Source: an uncultured Clostridia bacterium (GTDB lineage Bacteria; Bacillota; Clostridia; TANB77; CAG-508). Taken from it: DNA of 64,000 nucleotides. Under the pieces are notes generated by a model that was given only the letters and a program-made list of their open reading frames with translations, was not told the DNA's origin and ran no database searches. Made by a program: the position numbers and the translations under genes. The stretch is taken from assembly GCA_944390405.1 (NCBI GenBank), contig CALXPS010000001.1, forward strand, positions 18,300 to 82,299, given 5' to 3'. Positions 60,946-64,000 of the stretch are shown in pieces; position 1 is the first letter of the stretch; each line of letters begins with the position of its first letter.

Positions 60946-62274
60946 ATGCCAAAACCAATGGTAGCAATAATAGGAAAACCAAACGTAGGTAAATCTACTT
61001 TTTTCAATTATATAGTAGGACAAAGGCTATCAATAGTTGAAGATATACCAGGTGTTACTAGAGATAGAATTTATGCAGATACGAATTGGCGTGGTAGAGA
61101 TTTTACATTAATTGATACAGGTGGAATAGAACCAAAATCAGAAGATATAATTCAAGTAGGAATGAGAGAACAAGCTAATATTGCAATAAATATTGCAGAT
61201 GTTATAATATTTATAACCGATATAAAGCAAGGAGTAACCGCTTCTGACCAAGAAATAGCTACAATGCTTAGAAAGTCTAAAAAACCAATAGTTTTAGTTT
61301 GTAATAAAGCAGATAATTTTGGACAACCAGATCCTGCATTATACGAATTTTATAATTTAGGAATAGGAGACCCATACCCAGTTTCTTCAACAAATGCTTT
61401 AGGAATAGGAGATGTTTTAGATGCAGTATATGACCATCTTCCACCTAAAGAAGAAAATGATAATGATAAAGAAATTATAAATGTAGCAATAATAGGAAAA
61501 CCAAATGTTGGTAAATCTTCTTTAGTAAATAAAATTTTAGGCGAAAATAGAGTAATTGTAAGCGATGTAGCAGGAACTACTAGAGATGCAATAGATTCAT
61601 ATTTCGAAAATGAAGCAGGAAAATATAATTTTATAGATACTGCTGGAATAAGAAGAAAAAGTAAAGTAAATGAGAATATAGAAAAATACAGCGTTATGCG
61701 TTCTTTACTTGCAATAGAAAGAGCAGATGTATGTTTACTTTTGATTGATGCCATAGAGGGTGTAACAGAACAAGACACTAAAATAGCAGGTGAAGCTCAT
61801 GAATCTGGAAAAGGTGTTATAATTGTTGTAAATAAATGGGATGAATATGAAAAAGAAACAGGAACATTAGAGAAATACAAAAAAGAGGTATATAATAGGT
61901 TAAGTTATTTACAATATGCACCAATTATCTTCATTTCTGCAAAAACAGGTCAGAGAGTAGACAAATTGTTTAACTTAATAAATAAAGTAGCTAATAATAA
62001 TGCAATGAGAGTATCAACAGCTACATTAAATCAAGTGATAAATGAAGCAATTGCAATAGTGCAACCACCAACAGATAAAGGAAGAAGATTAAAAATATTG
62101 TATGCAACACAAGCACAAACAAAACCACCAACTTTTGTAATTTTTGTAAATAATAAAGAATTATTTCATTTTTCTTACGAAAGATATTTAATAAATCAAT
62201 TAAGAAGTAATTTCGATTTGGAAGGAACACCAGTTAGAATAATTTCTAGAGAAAAAGGGGAAAAAGAAATATAA
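60946..62274 (+). CDS. der: GTPase Der (EngA), tandem GTP-binding domains
   Basis: GKPNVGKST twice, DTGG/DTAG, NKAD/NKWD, C-terminal KH-like. Confidence 0.95.
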   Translation: MPKPMVAIIGKPNVGKSTFFNYIVGQRLSIVEDIPGVTRDRIYADTNWRGRDFTLIDTGGIEPKSEDIIQVGMREQANIAINIADVIIFITDIKQGVTASDQEIATMLRKSKKPIVLVCNKADNFGQPDPALYEFYNLGIGDPYPVSSTNALGIGDVLDAVYDHLPPKEENDNDKEIINVAIIGKPNVGKSSLVNKILGENRVIVSDVAGTTRDAIDSYFENEAGKYNFIDTAGIRRKSKVNENIEKYSVMRSLLAIERADVCLLLIDAIEGVTEQDTKIAGEAHESGKGVIIVVNKWDEYEKETGTLEKYKKEVYNRLSYLQYAPIIFISAKTGQRVDKLFNLINKVANNNAMRVSTATLNQVINEAIAIVQPPTDKGRRLKILYATQAQTKPPTFVIFVNNKELFHFSYERYLINQLRSNFDLEGTPVRIISREKGEKEI

Positions 62275-62295
62275 ATTTTAAAGGAGGAGAAGTAT

Positions 62296-62910
62296 ATGTC
62301 AGCAGCATACGTATTAGTAGGATTAGTAGCATACTTAATAGGAAGTATTAGTTTTGCAATAATTTTTAGTAAAAAATTTGCAGGTTTTGATGTAAGAGAA
62401 AAAGGAAGTAATAATGCAGGAACAACAAATGTATTAAGAACTGTAGGTAAAAGAGCTGCAGCCTTGACATTAATTTGTGATATATTAAAAGGAGTTGTTT
62501 CTGTATTACTAGCAATGCTTGCAGCAAATATTTGGAAAGAAACAGATGCAGAACTTATAAAATATCTTGCAGGTTTAATGGCAATAATTGGCCATACATT
62601 TCCTGTATATTATGGATTTAAAGGTGGCAAAGGTGTAGCAACATCACTAGGTGTATTATTAGTTGTACACCCTCAAATTGGCATAATTTGCTTAGTATTT
62701 GCATTAATTATAATGATTGCAACAAGATTGGTTTCTTTAGGTTCTGTTTTAGCAGCAACTTTATTTCCTATATTAACTGTATTTATGGTAGATAGTTTTG
62801 GTGCTAAAATAATTAGTATATTAATTGCATTACTTGTAATATTTAACCATAGATCTAATATTAAAAGACTAAAAAATGGTACAGAAAACAAATTATCTTT
62901 TAAAAAATAA
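62296..62910 (+). CDS. plsY: Glycerol-3-phosphate acyltransferase PlsY
   Basis: GSNNAGTTNVLR and HTFPVYYGFKGGKGVAT PlsY motifs. Confidence 0.9.
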   Translation: MSAAYVLVGLVAYLIGSISFAIIFSKKFAGFDVREKGSNNAGTTNVLRTVGKRAAALTLICDILKGVVSVLLAMLAANIWKETDAELIKYLAGLMAIIGHTFPVYYGFKGGKGVATSLGVLLVVHPQIGIICLVFALIIMIATRLVSLGSVLAATLFPILTVFMVDSFGAKIISILIALLVIFNHRSNIKRLKNGTENKLSFKK

Positions 62911-62930
62911 ATATATAGAAAGGAGAAGTA

Positions 62931-63918
62931 ATGAAAAATATTGCAATTATTGGAAGTGGTAGTTGGGGAGTAGCTCTAGGAATTCACCTAGCCAATTTAG
63001 GCAACAATGTTAAACTTTGGTCCTTCACGCAAGAAGAAACAGATTTAATTAATAAAGAAAAAAAATGTAAATTTATTCCTCAAGCTACAATTCCAGAAAA
63101 TTTATTTTGTACAACAGATTTTAAAACAGCTATTGATGGAACAGAAATAATCTTAATAGTAACACCATCTAAATTTGTTAGAGACACTATTAAAAAATTT
63201 GAGCAATATGTAACAAATCAATACATAGTTATATGTTCAAAAGGTTTTGAAGAATCAACTTTGTATACTTTAAATGAAGTGGTTGAAGAAGAACTACCAA
63301 ACTCTAAAATAGGAGGGCTATCAGGCCCAAGCCATGCAGAAGAAGTTTCAATTGGAATTCCAACAGCACTTGTCATAGCTTCTAAGCATGATGACCTTTT
63401 ACAAACAGTTCAACAAACTTTTATGAGTGAAACTCTTCGAATTTACACATCTTATGATTTACAAGGAGCAGAACTCGGAGGAGCATTAAAGAATATAATT
63501 GCGTTCTGTGCTGGAGCAATTACTGGACTAAAATTAGGTGATAACACATTTGCAGCACTACTTACCAGAGGATTATCAGAAATGTCTAAACTAATTACAA
63601 AAATGGGTGGTGAGCCAAAAACAGTATATGGGCTTACAGGCCTTCGGAGATTTAATTGTAACTTGTATGAGCAATCATAGTAGAAATAGGAGAGCAGGAA
63701 TATTAATTGGTCAGGGTAAAACTATAGAAGAAGCAAGAGAAGAAATTGGAATGACAATTGAAAGTATTGATAATATAAAAACTGCCTATAAACTTTCAAA
63801 AAAATATAATGTCGAAATGCCAATTGTAAATACAGTATATAAAGTTTTGTTTGAAGGTTTAGAGCCAAAGGTTGCAATTTCAGACTTGATGACAAGAAAT
63901 CCAAAATTCGAGGATTAG
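62931..63918 (+). pseudogene. gpsA: NAD(P)H-dependent glycerol-3-phosphate dehydrogenase GpsA, split by a +1 frameshift (extra C near 63645) into ORFs 62931-63680 and 63607-63918
   Basis: N-terminal IAIIGSGSWGVALG; expected ...GLTGLGDLIVTCMSNHSRNRR is only obtained by removing one base from GGCCTTCGGAGAT. Confidence 0.8.
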
Positions 63919-64000
63919 AATATTTACAAATCAGTCTGGATAGAATATAATAATAATAAATATATGAAAGGAAGGAATAGAAATGGGATTTTTTAGTGAT

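Overview
This window is AT-rich (roughly 28-30% GC) and looks like the chromosome of a spore-forming Firmicute, probably a Clostridium-type organism. Most of it is conserved housekeeping: the hrcA-grpE-dnaK-dnaJ operon with CIRCE operators, rsmE, yicC-remA-rpoZ-gmk, cdaA-truA, rimP-nusA-ylxR-infB-rbfA-nrnA-truB, rbgA-mrnC, mutS, a walRK-like two-component pair, lepB, holB-yaaT, metK, glmM, der-plsY-gpsA, and four tRNAs (Glu, Gln, His, Trp). Several accessory signals stand out. (1) The cotJA-cotJB-cotJC spore-coat operon is split by a ~6.7 kb insertion with a large serine recombinase, lodged inside the 3' end of cotJB with a 9-bp identical core (CCAAGGCCA) at both junctions. This looks like a sporulation-gene intervening element. 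Its cargo is a secreted metzincin, a membrane-anchored protein, a membrane-tethered sigma factor fused to a large extracytoplasmic domain, and an MNT/HEPN pair. (2) A diversity-generating-retroelement-like (DGR) locus pairs a four-helix-bundle Avd-like gene with a pilin-like protein that ends in an FGE-sulfatase/C-type-lectin-fold domain. The 3' tail of that domain is A-poor and rich in NNC codons, as expected for a variable region, but it is frameshifted, and no reverse transcriptase or template repeat is present in the window. (3) A dispersed AT-rich repeat family dense in stop codons (TGAATAG periods) sits right after the stop codons of several genes and brackets the Avd-like ORF as an inverted pair. 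(4) A 118-bp conserved noncoding block occurs at the left end of the cotJB element and again beside tRNA-Trp next to a toxin-antitoxin remnant. (5) An 80-bp perfect direct repeat, which is the cotJC terminator, flanks a 3-kb ABC-transporter/phosphorylase module. (6) gpsA carries a single-base frameshift. No rRNA and no CRISPR array were seen.
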